Assembly: GCA_016839765.1 (NCBI GenBank)
Contig: JAEOTP010000012.1
Coordinates: 32,001-96,000 of the forward strand
Direction of reading: 5' to 3'
DNA length: 64,000 nt
From: Promethearchaeota archaeon
GTDB lineage: Archaea; Asgardarchaeota; Lokiarchaeia; Sigyniarchaeales; SOKP01
Shown: piece by piece, positions 18,579 through 29,300 of the stretch
How positions within the stretch are numbered: position 1 is the first letter of the stretch
Layout: each line of letters starts with the position of its first letter
Program-made: the position numbers and the translations under genes
The notes under the pieces: generated by a model
Told to the model about the DNA's origin: nothing
The model's database searches: none
The model's input: only the letters and a program-made list of their open reading frames with translations

Positions 18579-20016
18579 ATAATATTCCATCTGTTCGCTC
18601 TTTTAATGGCTCTGAATGAAAGATAATTTGATTTAATCCTTCAATATCAAGCTCTTCAATAACTTTTTGCTCTAATCCAGTAATAATATCATGAACATGT
18701 GAAATGTTTAGATTGTCATCGAAAAAAATATGCAATTCAAGAACACAGAAATCAATGGTTGACCATAACTCTAATCCATGATATCCTTTGACTTCTGGAT
18801 GGGTTCTGAGGATTTTTTCAATTCTTTCTTCAATAGAATTCAATTCGTCCTGATTAAATCTTTTACATGATAATTGTTTCGGTGATAATTTTTCAGTCAA
18901 TGCTCCTGATTCAATATGGGTAATTATTCTAGAAATACGGGGTTCTTCTTTCTTCAATTCCTGTTCAAAATTATTACTTATATCATGAGCTCTCTTAAGC
19001 GATAAATTTTCATTAACTACTATTGATATTGAAAGAAAATACTCATTTTCGATTCTGAACACAGTCATATCTTTGAATTTGAGAATTTCATGAAATTCTG
19101 ATTTCATAGAATGGAGTAAATTAATGATTTTATCCCCAATAGATATTTCTCCACTAAGAGGATTCATCTCTATAATACTTTCAACCTTATAAGGAGGGAA
19201 ATACGATTTAGACATTGAGGAAATTGCTTTAGTAATTTCATTGGCATGTATTATCGAAATATGATCTTCAACAGAAAGCCGTACATCTATAAAGAGTTCA
19301 TCTCCACTTGCTCTAATTTTTATGTCGTCAACAGCATTAACATGTTCTAAGTGAAATATTTTTTGCTTGATCTCTTCTATGATATACGGACTAATAGGGT
19401 TTACATCAGCTAAATTTGTTATACCTTTTTTTAATAGAAAAGCTGAGCTAAAAATAATCCAAATTGAAAGAATTATACTAAAAAATGGATCTAAAAAGTT
19501 AATATTAAAAAAAATAACTAAAACAAAACTTACCAAAACTATTATTGCTCGCAAAGAATCTTGAAATAAATTTAATCCTTGTACTTGCAGTGATAAGCTT
19601 TTTCTTTTTTTTCCTTGCGAAATTAAAATTCTAGAGAATACTATATTTATAAGGAAAGAAATTATGAGAATTTGAAAACCTAAGTTTGGATTAGAGACAA
19701 TATATGATTGTCTAATTATAACTTGAATTGTATTTAAAATCAAGAAAAAGTATGTGGTTATAAGAAAGACTCCTTGAATCATTGCTCCAATTGAATCCAT
19801 CTTAGAATGTCCATACATATGTTCAAAATCTGGAGGACGCTGACTGATATATATAGAAAAAATAGTTAAAAATACAAATACAATATCTGATAAAGTATCC
19901 ACTGTTTCAGACAAAAAACTTAAACTTCCAGTAATTATAACTCCAAATAATTTTAAACCAGATTGGAGTAAGATTACTATAAAGGCACTAATTCCAAATT
20001 TGAGTTTAATATTCAT
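18568..20016 (-). CDS. Cation diffusion facilitator with three C-terminal ZT-dimer domains
   Basis: SETVDTLSD, HMYGHSK, then three (LS/IS)I..(A/V)H/N.I..H.E repeats. Confidence 0.88.
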   Translation of the reverse strand: MNIKLKFGISAFIVILLQSGLKLFGVIITGSLSFLSETVDTLSDIVFVFLTIFSIYISQRPPDFEHMYGHSKMDSIGAMIQGVFLITTYFFLILNTIQVIIRQSYIVSNPNLGFQILIISFLINIVFSRILISQGKKRKSLSLQVQGLNLFQDSLRAIIVLVSFVLVIFFNINFLDPFFSIILSIWIIFSSAFLLKKGITNLADVNPISPYIIEEIKQKIFHLEHVNAVDDIKIRASGDELFIDVRLSVEDHISIIHANEITKAISSMSKSYFPPYKVESIIEMNPLSGEISIGDKIINLLHSMKSEFHEILKFKDMTVFRIENEYFLSISIVVNENLSLKRAHDISNNFEQELKKEEPRISRIITHIESGALTEKLSPKQLSCKRFNQDELNSIEERIEKILRTHPEVKGYHGLELWSTIDFCVLELHIFFDDNLNISHVHDIITGLEQKVIEELDIEGLNQIIFHSEPLKERTDGILFKN

Positions 20017-20143
20017 TTTAGAAAAGACTTACAAAAAACAACACGATTAAAAAGTTTGAATTAAGAGTATAAGTTAAATTTTGCTAAAAAATATTAAAAA
20101 ATAGAGTGGTTGATTTAAGAATATTAGATATTCACTTTATTCG

Positions 20144-21376
20144 TTATAAATGCCTTGGCACCTTAATTTCGAGATTAGTGATTGGATACGAAGCACATGG
20201 ATGGAAATAATTAAACTTTTTATCTGCTGATCTTCTCCAATCTGAAAATGGACTTACGTATATATCGCCTGAAATAAGTAGTGATCGACAGAACCCACAT
20301 TCACCTGAGCGACATTTTGAAGGAGGAGATAAATTTGCTCTTTCCATAGCAACCAAAATTGATTCAGATGATAACGCAGGTATTTCTTTCATTAAATTTC
20401 CAATTCGAACTTTAATTTTAAAACTTTTTTCAGCAAGTTCTTTTGGAAATCCAGGAAGGGAAATTACATCCTTAATTTCTCCGAAGGCCTCCCTACGAAT
20501 TCTTTTATGAGGTAGATGAAGTTTTTCCATTTCTTTTTCGACAAAATCATACATAATCTGAGGTCCACAGATAAAAAATGAACTATTTCTCGCTTCACAA
20601 TACTTTTCGATAATATCAGTAGTAATAAATCCTTGTTCACATCCCTCTAATGTAATTTCCTCACAGCTTAAAATATAAACTACTTTAAATTTATCTGGAT
20701 AATTTTTCTCAAGCTCTTTAAATTCTTCATAATAAACAATATCGTCTTCTTCACTGCTTCCATATAATAAAATTAGTCTAGCATCTATAAGTTCTTCTAC
20801 GATTGCTTTTGCTATCGAGCGGAACGGTGTGATTCCAGAACCTCCAGCAATCCCCACTATATTCTTTAAATCTCGAAGTGGTTCATAATAAAAAAATCCT
20901 TCTGGTCCAGAACTTTCAACTTTAGCTCCAACTTTCCAATGATCCCATATATAATGGGTTAAAAAACCTTCCTCTTCTCTTCTAATAGTGAGCTCATAAA
21001 AACCATTTAAAGCATCTTTAGGAGAAGAAGCGAGAGAATATGGTCTTGTGATTTCTACCCCATTAACTTTAACTTTTACACTTAGATATTGCCCCGGTCT
21101 AAAATAAGTTAATTCTTTAGTCATCGAATTAGGGTCTTGTATTAGTTTAAAAGTCTTTGTTGATTTTGTTTCTTCTTTAATTTCACATATTTTTAAATAT
21201 TGACGTTCTGGATGAAGTTTTCTAGCAATATTGTTTATTGGATCCGATGTAATTGGTTCAGCTGAAGCTTTTTCTATTCTTTTCTTTTTTTGAGGCACTA
21301 ATTTTGTAAAAGCAAATAAATCTTTAGTATTCGATTTTATTGTAATAATAAATCGCTCATCATCTTTTTTACTCAT
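20144..21376 (-). CDS. FAD/NAD-binding ferredoxin reductase with C-terminal 2Fe-2S domain (PaaE/Hcr-like)
   Basis: RPYSLAS, AGGSGITPF, FICGP, CRSGECGFC...C. Confidence 0.92.
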   Translation of the reverse strand: MSKKDDERFIITIKSNTKDLFAFTKLVPQKKKRIEKASAEPITSDPINNIARKLHPERQYLKICEIKEETKSTKTFKLIQDPNSMTKELTYFRPGQYLSVKVKVNGVEITRPYSLASSPKDALNGFYELTIRREEEGFLTHYIWDHWKVGAKVESSGPEGFFYYEPLRDLKNIVGIAGGSGITPFRSIAKAIVEELIDARLILLYGSSEEDDIVYYEEFKELEKNYPDKFKVVYILSCEEITLEGCEQGFITTDIIEKYCEARNSSFFICGPQIMYDFVEKEMEKLHLPHKRIRREAFGEIKDVISLPGFPKELAEKSFKIKVRIGNLMKEIPALSSESILVAMERANLSPPSKCRSGECGFCRSLLISGDIYVSPFSDWRRSADKKFNYFHPCASYPITNLEIKVPRHL

Positions 21377-22943
21377 TTACCCTCACCTTCTTTAATTAAT
21401 TCTTGTAATGTAAGAAGCGCAGATGTATATCCATCAGAGATGGTGCTTCCATACCCGTGAGCCCGTCTGCCAAATCCTCCCGCAAACTCAAGTCCTTTAA
21501 TATAATTATCCTGCCCCATCATCATCAATCTTGGTACTAATGAATCCCAAGATTCTGGTTCATAACCATATATAATTCCATTATAAGTTCTTGTAAATCT
21601 TGCAAAAGTAGCTGGAGTTGCAACTTCTATCTCTTCAATATGTTCCCTAATCGGCGCTCCAGTTGCTTCTTCAAACTGGATTATTAGCTCTTCAGCAATT
21701 TTGTTTTTAATGTCAACATACTGTTCTGGTTTGACATCCTTCCATATTTCAGGTTTAAAAAGAGTAGTAATATATATAATACAAGTGCCTGGAGGTGAAC
21801 ATTCTGGATTTGGTACATTAAGTACAACAGCAGCTTGACCTCCTGGTGATTGTAACTTACTCCAAGAATTATATATTTCTTCAGTATTCATATTTTTCAT
21901 GATAAAATAACCATATTCTTTTAAACCTAATTCTTCAGCTGTTGCATCAAGGCCTAAATAAACACAAAAACCCGTTAATCCATGTATTCGAGCATTTACT
22001 TCCTTATAGGCAATTTCTGGAACTTCTGATTTAGGGTAAATTAATTTATTATAGGTCAATGTTGGAGAGGCATTACAAATTACATGATTTGTTTTAATTT
22101 TATCTCCTCTTGAGGTTTCGACTCCGACTACTTTACCGTTTTCTACTAAGATTTTCTCGACTCTAGTATTATATTCAATATTACCTCCAAGTTCTCTTAT
22201 TTTAACGTCAAAACAGTAGTATATTCATGAGATCGGTTTTTCAATATGTATGCTCCATATTCCATGTAACCAAGAACCATAGAAGCAAAAATAGTAAAAT
22301 TAACTCGATCTATGGGAAGTCCTATATAAGACCAATATGCATTAAGAATTTTACGAGCATCCTCGGGTATGTTTAACGCATCTTCGACTTCTTTTGTACT
22401 ATAAGCTGCGGTCTTAAGAAAGTTTGGATATTCTTTCATTAAAACCCCTTGATCTGGATTTCCTCTTGTTGCTCCAAAATATCTAAAAGCATCACGAATT
22501 TCTTTTGCTATATCGAAAAGTTTTGTTACTGAATCTCTGCTACCAGGAAACTGTTTTTCAATTGCTTCAATAAAATTTTCTACCCCAAATGGCATAGTTA
22601 CATCTAATTTTTCAGATGGATCGGTTAAAATAAGTCTATAAGCTTCGGGGACTGCTACAAATTCAACATCTAAGCCAAATCTGTCCTCGAATAATTTTCT
22701 AACACTTCCTCTATTCGATGGGGGACCAATGCTCGCGAATTCATGAAGAGATGTTTCAAACTCAAACCGTCCTCTCACAAAACTTGAAGCAAAACCTCCA
22801 GGTAAATTATGTTGTTCAAATAAAATTATCTTCTTTCCATTTAACGCTAATTGTGTTGCTGCCGCCAATCCACCATTTCCTGCTCCAATTACTACCACAT
22901 TATAAGTATCAATTATTATTTGTTCTTTTTCTTGAGTATTCAT
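21373..22943 (-). pseudogene. Phytoene dehydrogenase/carotenoid isomerase-like FAD oxidoreductase split by a 1-nt frameshift near 22210-22214 (pseudogene or assembly error)
   Basis: N-half has GAGNGG...EQHNLPGG. The shifted frame FDVKIRELGGNIEYNTRVEKILVENGKVVGVE runs into the 21373-22059 ORF. Span is 1571 nt, one short of a 523-aa ORF. Confidence 0.85.
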
Positions 22944-23061
22944 TCTAATAAACCCCTAATTAAGATTTATTTTTGAAAATTACTTCATTTAATCTTTTGA
23001 ATAATTAATATCTTTTTTTTAATAAAAGTAAAATTTAGATTTTTAAACAGTTCTTTTAACA

Positions 23062-23958
23062 TTACTTTTTGGCTGGAGAAGCATAACAATAATCACAATT
23101 ATGCTTACATCTAAATTTTCCCGTATATCCTCCAATATCTTTTGATTTAAAGCATCCACAACTTTTACGTTGCCCAGAGTCTCTGATTTTTGGAATGGGT
23201 TCACCAATAATTTTTTCGATTTTATAAGCATCAATACAATGTGCTTGTTCAATTCCTTTAATATCGAGTAGATCGGGTTGACAGCATGCTTTCATTGTAA
23301 TATTATACTTTTCACAGATTTTTTTTAATTTATTTAATATTTCTTTTTTCTTATTAATTGGGGGATCAATTGGAATAAACCCTCTTGAGATCATACGGTG
23401 TTTTACTTTTGAATAAATGGTTGCAAATGAAAAAATCATCTCTGTTAACCCTAAAGAAGAAATCTTCTCAATAATATAATTAAATTTACCTAAATTACTG
23501 GTTATAGAATTTGAATTTTTTTTCTTGTAAAATATTATTGGATCAAACCTGAAATTCACTGATAAAATTCCAAAATTTTCGATTAACCACTCCATCTGCT
23601 TAAATCTTTCTCCTAAAGAAATATTAATATTACCTTCTAATTCGGATGGTGAATTAATTGTAAATTGGAAATAATGCCCTTTGTATAAATCAAAAAGTGC
23701 TTGGCCTGAATGGTATGCCTTAATCCATTCTTTAAAGTTTTTGCTCCACCAACACCAACATTTAACATCCTTAGGATCCAATGATACTCGATATATCTGA
23801 CTTCTATTGAAAGGATTGGTTACATCAACGTAACCTGTTTTTATTTTTTCAATAACCCATTCCATCAAAAATGCAGGAATATCTGTTCTTCTTGAGCATG
23901 ATATAATTGGAGATATAACAATAGGGGGGTCCTTCTTTTTTTGTTTCAAATTATTCAT
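23062..23958 (-). CDS. DUF1848 family protein
   Basis: IIS.SRRTDIPAF, WSKN, RFDPII, CIDA, QR..CGC..S.DIG.Y...C.H.C.YCYA. Confidence 0.9.
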   Translation of the reverse strand: MNNLKQKKKDPPIVISPIISCSRRTDIPAFLMEWVIEKIKTGYVDVTNPFNRSQIYRVSLDPKDVKCWCWWSKNFKEWIKAYHSGQALFDLYKGHYFQFTINSPSELEGNINISLGERFKQMEWLIENFGILSVNFRFDPIIFYKKKNSNSITSNLGKFNYIIEKISSLGLTEMIFSFATIYSKVKHRMISRGFIPIDPPINKKKEILNKLKKICEKYNITMKACCQPDLLDIKGIEQAHCIDAYKIEKIIGEPIPKIRDSGQRKSCGCFKSKDIGGYTGKFRCKHNCDYCYASPAKK

Positions 23959-23962
23959 TCTT

Positions 23963-25564
23963 TCACATATTTGACAAGTAAATATTCAAAGCTTTTATGA
24001 ATATTTGTTTTTCATTTTCTTTATTAATTTTCTGCTTATATTCTTCTTTTTCAAGCTGATCATAAATCATTAAATGAGGATTAATAAAAGCAGTTCCCCT
24101 CTTAACCATTTCACGAAATTTTTCCCTAAAATCGGCACTTAAGAAAAAGGGAAAAATCCCAGGACTATGCTCAGCTTTATGTTTCACATTAAATTTTTCT
24201 TTAAGCGTTAATATCACCTCATAAACAGTTTGACCAATTGTGGTTAAGTTTTTCTCATTGCCTTTATAAAAATATTCAATGGGGACTGGTAAACGCATAT
24301 GTAATAATAATCCTTGGCCTTTTCGAAAATTTATATGTCCATATCCAAAAATTACTTTATGGAACCCATGTTTAATAAAAATGTTATTTATTGTTTCTAT
24401 TACTTCCGGCAAATTCTTTGGCTCACTTAAAATGTCTTCAAAACTGGGAAATGCGATGTAATCAGAACTAGTATCTGATGTCTGGACTAATAAAGCAAAT
24501 GCTGATCTTTCTTGAAGATATTCTTGAAATTCTTCTTCAGTTAATATTTTCCAAGAACATCTCGTTTCCTTATTCATGATTCTTAGAAATTCATCAACTT
24601 CACTTGAAGTTCCTTTTATAATGGCAGCCCATTTAGTTTTTATATCCTCTTTACTTGAAATAATCAACTCATTAAATTTACCAGGAAGTTTCTCATTTGA
24701 AATGACAAATTCACTAATTAAGGGAAAGATTTTAAAATCTAAAACTGATTGAAGACCATTGAATGCTAATTCTATGTTATGCCCATACATAATTGCTCGT
24801 TTTAAGTCTGTTAGAGGTTTATATAATTTAAATATGGCACTTAGGACTACTCCAAAAAAACCATTACCACCAATAATTCTTTTAAAAAGGGAATTATGAT
24901 GATTAATGTTAAGAATAGTTCCATTAGGTTTCATGATACGCATGCTTTCAACCCAATTTTCTACTGAACCTAACTTACCTGATGTGACTCCACTTGCATT
25001 TGAAGAAATAAGCCCCCCTATTCTCACTGGCAGCTTTAAAGCACTTGCAGGTTGTATCGGGAAGATATATTTTCCATTGCTTAAAAATTGAACTGTTTTA
25101 ATCAAATCTGAAATTAGTGCGCTTTGTTCTACACTTATTTGCTCTTTTTTAAAATTTATCTGAAATGGTTCATTAAACGAATGAAGATCAGCAAGATCCA
25201 CTACAATTCCAAAATTTGAATACCCTCCTGATAATCCTGTTTTTCCTCCTGCAAATGTAATTGGAATTTTACATTCTTGCGAATAAACAATTATCTTTTT
25301 CAACTGATCTTCAGTTATGGGTCGAAAAAGGACATATGGAGATATATGCAAATGGGAAGGATCACGAATACTACCTGATTGAATTCGATTTCCAATAAGC
25401 ATTACATTTCCAGATAAAAATAGCTGCTTAAATTTATCTATATCTGATATTTGAGAAAAACTAAGAGATTCTTTTTTTATAAACCCTTCTTCTTCCATTT
25501 TCGATAAGAAGATATCCCATGGTAATTCTCTTTGAAGGTTTTTAATAATATTTTCCAATCCCAT
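23963..25564 (-). CDS. FAD-binding oxidoreductase (GlcD / D-lactate dehydrogenase-like)
   Basis: GGKTGLSGG, IGG.ISSNASG, GGNGFFGVV, C-terminal AEH. Confidence 0.82.
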   Translation of the reverse strand: MGLENIIKNLQRELPWDIFLSKMEEEGFIKKESLSFSQISDIDKFKQLFLSGNVMLIGNRIQSGSIRDPSHLHISPYVLFRPITEDQLKKIIVYSQECKIPITFAGGKTGLSGGYSNFGIVVDLADLHSFNEPFQINFKKEQISVEQSALISDLIKTVQFLSNGKYIFPIQPASALKLPVRIGGLISSNASGVTSGKLGSVENWVESMRIMKPNGTILNINHHNSLFKRIIGGNGFFGVVLSAIFKLYKPLTDLKRAIMYGHNIELAFNGLQSVLDFKIFPLISEFVISNEKLPGKFNELIISSKEDIKTKWAAIIKGTSSEVDEFLRIMNKETRCSWKILTEEEFQEYLQERSAFALLVQTSDTSSDYIAFPSFEDILSEPKNLPEVIETINNIFIKHGFHKVIFGYGHINFRKGQGLLLHMRLPVPIEYFYKGNEKNLTTIGQTVYEVILTLKEKFNVKHKAEHSPGIFPFFLSADFREKFREMVKRGTAFINPHLMIYDQLEKEEYKQKINKENEKQIFIKALNIYLSNM

Positions 25565-25620
25565 TCTTTATCATAATTATCTCGTTAAATATTTGAATTT
25601 TGCTCTTTTGAATGATACTC

Positions 25621-26514
25621 TCAAATTTCTTTTTTTATGTCATCCATTTGTGCTTGTCGTTTTCCTAGGATAAATGAACTTAATATAATTAAAATAATGG
25701 CTACAGTAAAAAATACAACTGATAAGATACTTGGTGGAGGTAATAAAAACACTAAGAAGTATACAATTGATGGTGTACTTTGAGTAGGTGTATTCTGTAT
25801 TGGAACTAATTTACTTGCATCTCCATACCTTAATGAAGCAGCCATTTTCGTAATTCCAAATATATTTACTAAGATTAATACAATTGAAGATATTATAAAG
25901 AGAATTATTTGTGCAATATTAAATATACCGCTAAAAATGTGAGCGATTACTCCGATTAAAACTCCAGTCCAGAAATTAGATAATGAAAACATGAAACCTG
26001 ATAATAGTGCCAATAAAATACCCCTGAATCTTTCAGATTTTTTTTGCATGAGTTGAAGCAGGAATCCCAATACGGTTAAAACAGAAGTATAAATTGTCAT
26101 TCTAATTATAAATTGAGTCTCAAATAAATTAAATTCAGAAAGTTCAATTGATAATTCACTAAATCCAAGTGAAGTAATGGCTATAATCATCATTAAAATT
26201 GCTATTATTTCTATTACTGTTAACTTCTCCCCGATTATTTTCACAGAACCTATTGCTAATACAATTAAACCACATGCCATTAAACCAGGAATTATAGCTG
26301 GCCCAATGAATATTTGAGCTACCATAAAAAAAGCTGAACCTAATCCGAAACGAATAAATAATGCAAATATCCATAAAGGAGTTCTAACTAAACTTTTCAT
26401 TAATTTCACATCAGGCGGTAATTTGTTTATTATCATCTTTTCAATTAACATCCCTGAGAAATGTGAAAGTCCAGATAATATTGCTAATAAAACACCTAAC
26501 CAATATGTCTCCAC
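25621..26514 (-). CDS. DMT/NIPA-like multi-pass membrane transporter
   Basis: About 9 TM helices; P.W..., GPA.I.P.L..G, IGEKL pattern of DMT/NIPA proteins. Confidence 0.6.
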   Translation of the reverse strand: METYWLGVLLAILSGLSHFSGMLIEKMIINKLPPDVKLMKSLVRTPLWIFALFIRFGLGSAFFMVAQIFIGPAIIPGLMACGLIVLAIGSVKIIGEKLTVIEIIAILMMIIAITSLGFSELSIELSEFNLFETQFIIRMTIYTSVLTVLGFLLQLMQKKSERFRGILLALLSGFMFSLSNFWTGVLIGVIAHIFSGIFNIAQIILFIISSIVLILVNIFGITKMAASLRYGDASKLVPIQNTPTQSTPSIVYFLVFLLPPPSILSVVFFTVAIILIILSSFILGKRQAQMDDIKKEI

Positions 26515-26623
26515 TTTAAAACACCATTAAATTCGAGATAAAAAAATTTAAAATTATAATATATTATCTTTTTATCCAAATTTAAGAATTAAATCTGTTA
26601 AAAAAAACCAAATAAAAAAAAAG

Positions 26624-26740
26624 TTAAATTTTGTCCCAAGCGGCATGAACTTTTTTTCCTGTCATTTCAATCACAGGACCCATGCCATCCTTATCAGCTA
26701 GATTAGCTTCGACTGCTACTTTCATAATCGAAGTATGGGA
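26624..26740 (-). pseudogene. Truncated DUF302 paralog (C-terminal ~38 aa only)
   Basis: SHTSIMKVAVEANLADKDGMGPVIEMTGKKVHAAWDKI* aligns to the tail of the adjacent gene, SHASIMKIAPEAGLAPADKMKPVIEMTGKAVHAAWIRF*. Confidence 0.85.
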
Positions 26741-26896
26741 ACTTTATGTTCCTCTATAATTATTCTCAATATATCTCTTTCAAGAACTCGTTTACTATTC
26801 ATAATAAGATTATTAAGTCTTTCTTATTAATTAGTTTAGAATATGATATCGCTTTATTTGCATTACTAAAAATTTTTAATTAAAAAAAAGAAAAAG

Positions 26897-27298
26897 TTAA
26901 AACCTAATCCAAGCTGCATGAACTGCTTTACCAGTCATTTCTATGACGGGTTTCATTTTATCAGCAGGAGCCAATCCAGCTTCAGGGGCTATTTTCATAA
27001 TTGAAGCATGACTTACATATACTTTTCCCGTTTCTTCATAGACTACAAAACTGCAAGGGAATAACAAACCAACATTTTTTGATACATCTAGTGCTCCTTT
27101 AGCAAATTCAGGGCCACAAGCTAGTATTATAGTATATCTGTCGTAATCTATTCCTAACTTCTTCTTAAATATCTCATCTATAGATTTTGTTAGCATATGA
27201 CTAAAGCCTTCTTCAACAATAATTTTTTCAACACGCTCTACTGCTTTATCAAAATCCATATTTAATTCTTTTTTCAATATATCAACCATTTCTTCCAC
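26897..27298 (-). CDS. DUF302 domain protein
   Basis: FD.AV..V......EGF, Y.II.AC.P..A..AL, GLLFPC..VVYE. Confidence 0.88.
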   Translation of the reverse strand: MEEMVDILKKELNMDFDKAVERVEKIIVEEGFSHMLTKSIDEIFKKKLGIDYDRYTIILACGPEFAKGALDVSKNVGLLFPCSFVVYEETGKVYVSHASIMKIAPEAGLAPADKMKPVIEMTGKAVHAAWIRF

Positions 27299-27332
27299 TC
27301 TTTTGATTAAGTAAATTTTAGATTAAAAAAGT

Positions 27333-27713
27333 CTATTTTGCAAAATCTTCTAAAGCCTTAAATACATATTTTGTAAACATTAGTGAAGGACCACCACCTA
27401 AAGTTCCAGCAACCATACTTGCTTCGATTATTTCCTCTTTTGTGGCTCCTTGATCTAATGCATGTTTAACGTGCCATGCTACGCAAAATTTACATTGATA
27501 AGCAATTGAAAGCGCAATCCCTATTAACTCTTTCACTTTCGCGGATATAGCTCCATCAGCCTTGACAGCTCCGAAAAATTGTTGAAATCCTTTCATGGCA
27601 TCGGGATGTTCTTGTCCTAATCTCTGAAGACTAGCTTGGGCAGCTTTAAAATATTCATTCATATCATCATCCATTTTATTTTCACCAAATTTTCTATTTA
27701 TTAACATATACAC
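27333..27713 (-). CDS. Carboxymuconolactone decarboxylase/AhpD family protein (true start probably ATG 27674)
   Basis: GAISAKVKELI, CKFCVAWH (CxxC..H), GATKEEIIE, GGGP. Confidence 0.9.
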   Translation of the reverse strand: MYMLINRKFGENKMDDDMNEYFKAAQASLQRLGQEHPDAMKGFQQFFGAVKADGAISAKVKELIGIALSIAYQCKFCVAWHVKHALDQGATKEEIIEASMVAGTLGGGPSLMFTKYVFKALEDFAK

Positions 27714-27784
27714 GATTTGAGAAATAATAAAAATTCTCTTTATGAATTAAAAATCAAGATTATTAATCTAAAAAATTCAAAATA

Positions 27785-29155
27785 TTAGTTTTTAATAGGA
27801 TATTTTGCTTTTTTCCATGCTTTCATGCTCCCTAATACATTAAAAACATTGTTAAATCCATTTCTCTTTAAAATGCTTGTTGCCATGCTAGCTCGAGCCC
27901 CATTCCCGCAGATTGTTACTATTGGAATATCTTTAGGTAAATCTTCCAACTTTTTTTCAATTTCACCAACATAGATGTTTTTCGCTCCTTCAATATATCC
28001 CTCCTTCAGTTCAGGGGCACCCCGAACATCAATTAGAAAGGTTTTTACACCTTGATCTAGTCTTTCTTTTAACGTATCAGCAGTTATCATACCGATTGTG
28101 TCGATTGGAAGATGATTGCTATACCATGCAATTATTCCACCTACTAGATAACCCATAATATTATCATAGCCCAATCTGAGAAGATATTTATACGCTTTCT
28201 TTAGATCTGCGAAATTTTCCACAACAAGCAGTATTGGTTTATCATAAGGGAGAACCCAGCCCACATAGGACGGTAATCCTTTTAGCCATATATTATATGA
28301 ATCTTTAATATGTACTGAACCAAACGACGCTGGATTTCGGGTATCAACAATTATTCCTCCCTCTTCTATTTTACTTTTAAATTCTTCGGGGAGTAATGGT
28401 TTAAACCGTGGCAAGTTTTTTAATAATGGAGGTCCTTGTAAATTATATTTTTCCATTTGTTTAAAATAAGGTGCAAAATAATGTTTTTCATTTAATTTGA
28501 ATTCTACAAACTTTTGTTTATCCTCCAATTGTAATACTGGATTTTGCAAACGTTCTAAACCAATAGTACTTAATTCCCTTTCATTTATGGTAGCTCCACA
28601 AACAGACCCAGCTCCATGAGCTGGCAATATAACAGCTTGATCCCCTAAAGGCAAGATTTTGTTAAATAGACTGTTATAGAGATTTTCAGCATTCTTTTTT
28701 GATAAATCAGGACCATACATATCAACCCGTCCGGTATCGCCAACAAATAGAGCATCTCCCGTAAATACCATAATTGATTCGTCTCCTGTGGTTGTATCAA
28801 ATACAGCATAACTTGTACTTTCATCAGTATGACCAGGAGTGTGGATAGCTCTAATTTTTAAAACACCTAGTGCGAATTCCTGCCCATCTTTAAGGGTTTT
28901 TCCATACTTCCAATCCAAACTAGGTCCGTGATATATTTCTACATCAACTACATCCGCTATTTCTTTAGACCCAATGACATAATCTTCATTGCGGTGTGTT
29001 TCAAACACATACTTTATGTTTGCTTCAGCATCCCATGCTAACTTAAGAAAAATTTTTGCATCTCGTCTTGGATCTACTACACACGCCTTGTTTTCAGAAG
29101 CTAAAAAATATGATATAGATGCAATTCCCTCGCTTTTTACTTTACGTAAAATCAT
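27785..29155 (-). CDS. MBL-fold hydrolase with two rhodanese domains (persulfide dioxygenase/sulfurtransferase-like)
   Basis: ETHRNEDY, HTPGHT, FTGDALFVG..GR, PAHGAGS.CG, C-terminal CGNGARAS. Confidence 0.9.
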   Translation of the reverse strand: MILRKVKSEGIASISYFLASENKACVVDPRRDAKIFLKLAWDAEANIKYVFETHRNEDYVIGSKEIADVVDVEIYHGPSLDWKYGKTLKDGQEFALGVLKIRAIHTPGHTDESTSYAVFDTTTGDESIMVFTGDALFVGDTGRVDMYGPDLSKKNAENLYNSLFNKILPLGDQAVILPAHGAGSVCGATINERELSTIGLERLQNPVLQLEDKQKFVEFKLNEKHYFAPYFKQMEKYNLQGPPLLKNLPRFKPLLPEEFKSKIEEGGIIVDTRNPASFGSVHIKDSYNIWLKGLPSYVGWVLPYDKPILLVVENFADLKKAYKYLLRLGYDNIMGYLVGGIIAWYSNHLPIDTIGMITADTLKERLDQGVKTFLIDVRGAPELKEGYIEGAKNIYVGEIEKKLEDLPKDIPIVTICGNGARASMATSILKRNGFNNVFNVLGSMKAWKKAKYPIKN

Positions 29156-29300
29156 TATTATTCGCTCATCAGTATATCTTACAATTTACTTCTAATATTT
29201 CCTCATTCTATAATAATCTATTCTCTATAAACTAAAAGTTTAAGTATTAATAACAAACAATTATCTAATAAAATATTATCAAATTCTCAAATCAATAAAA

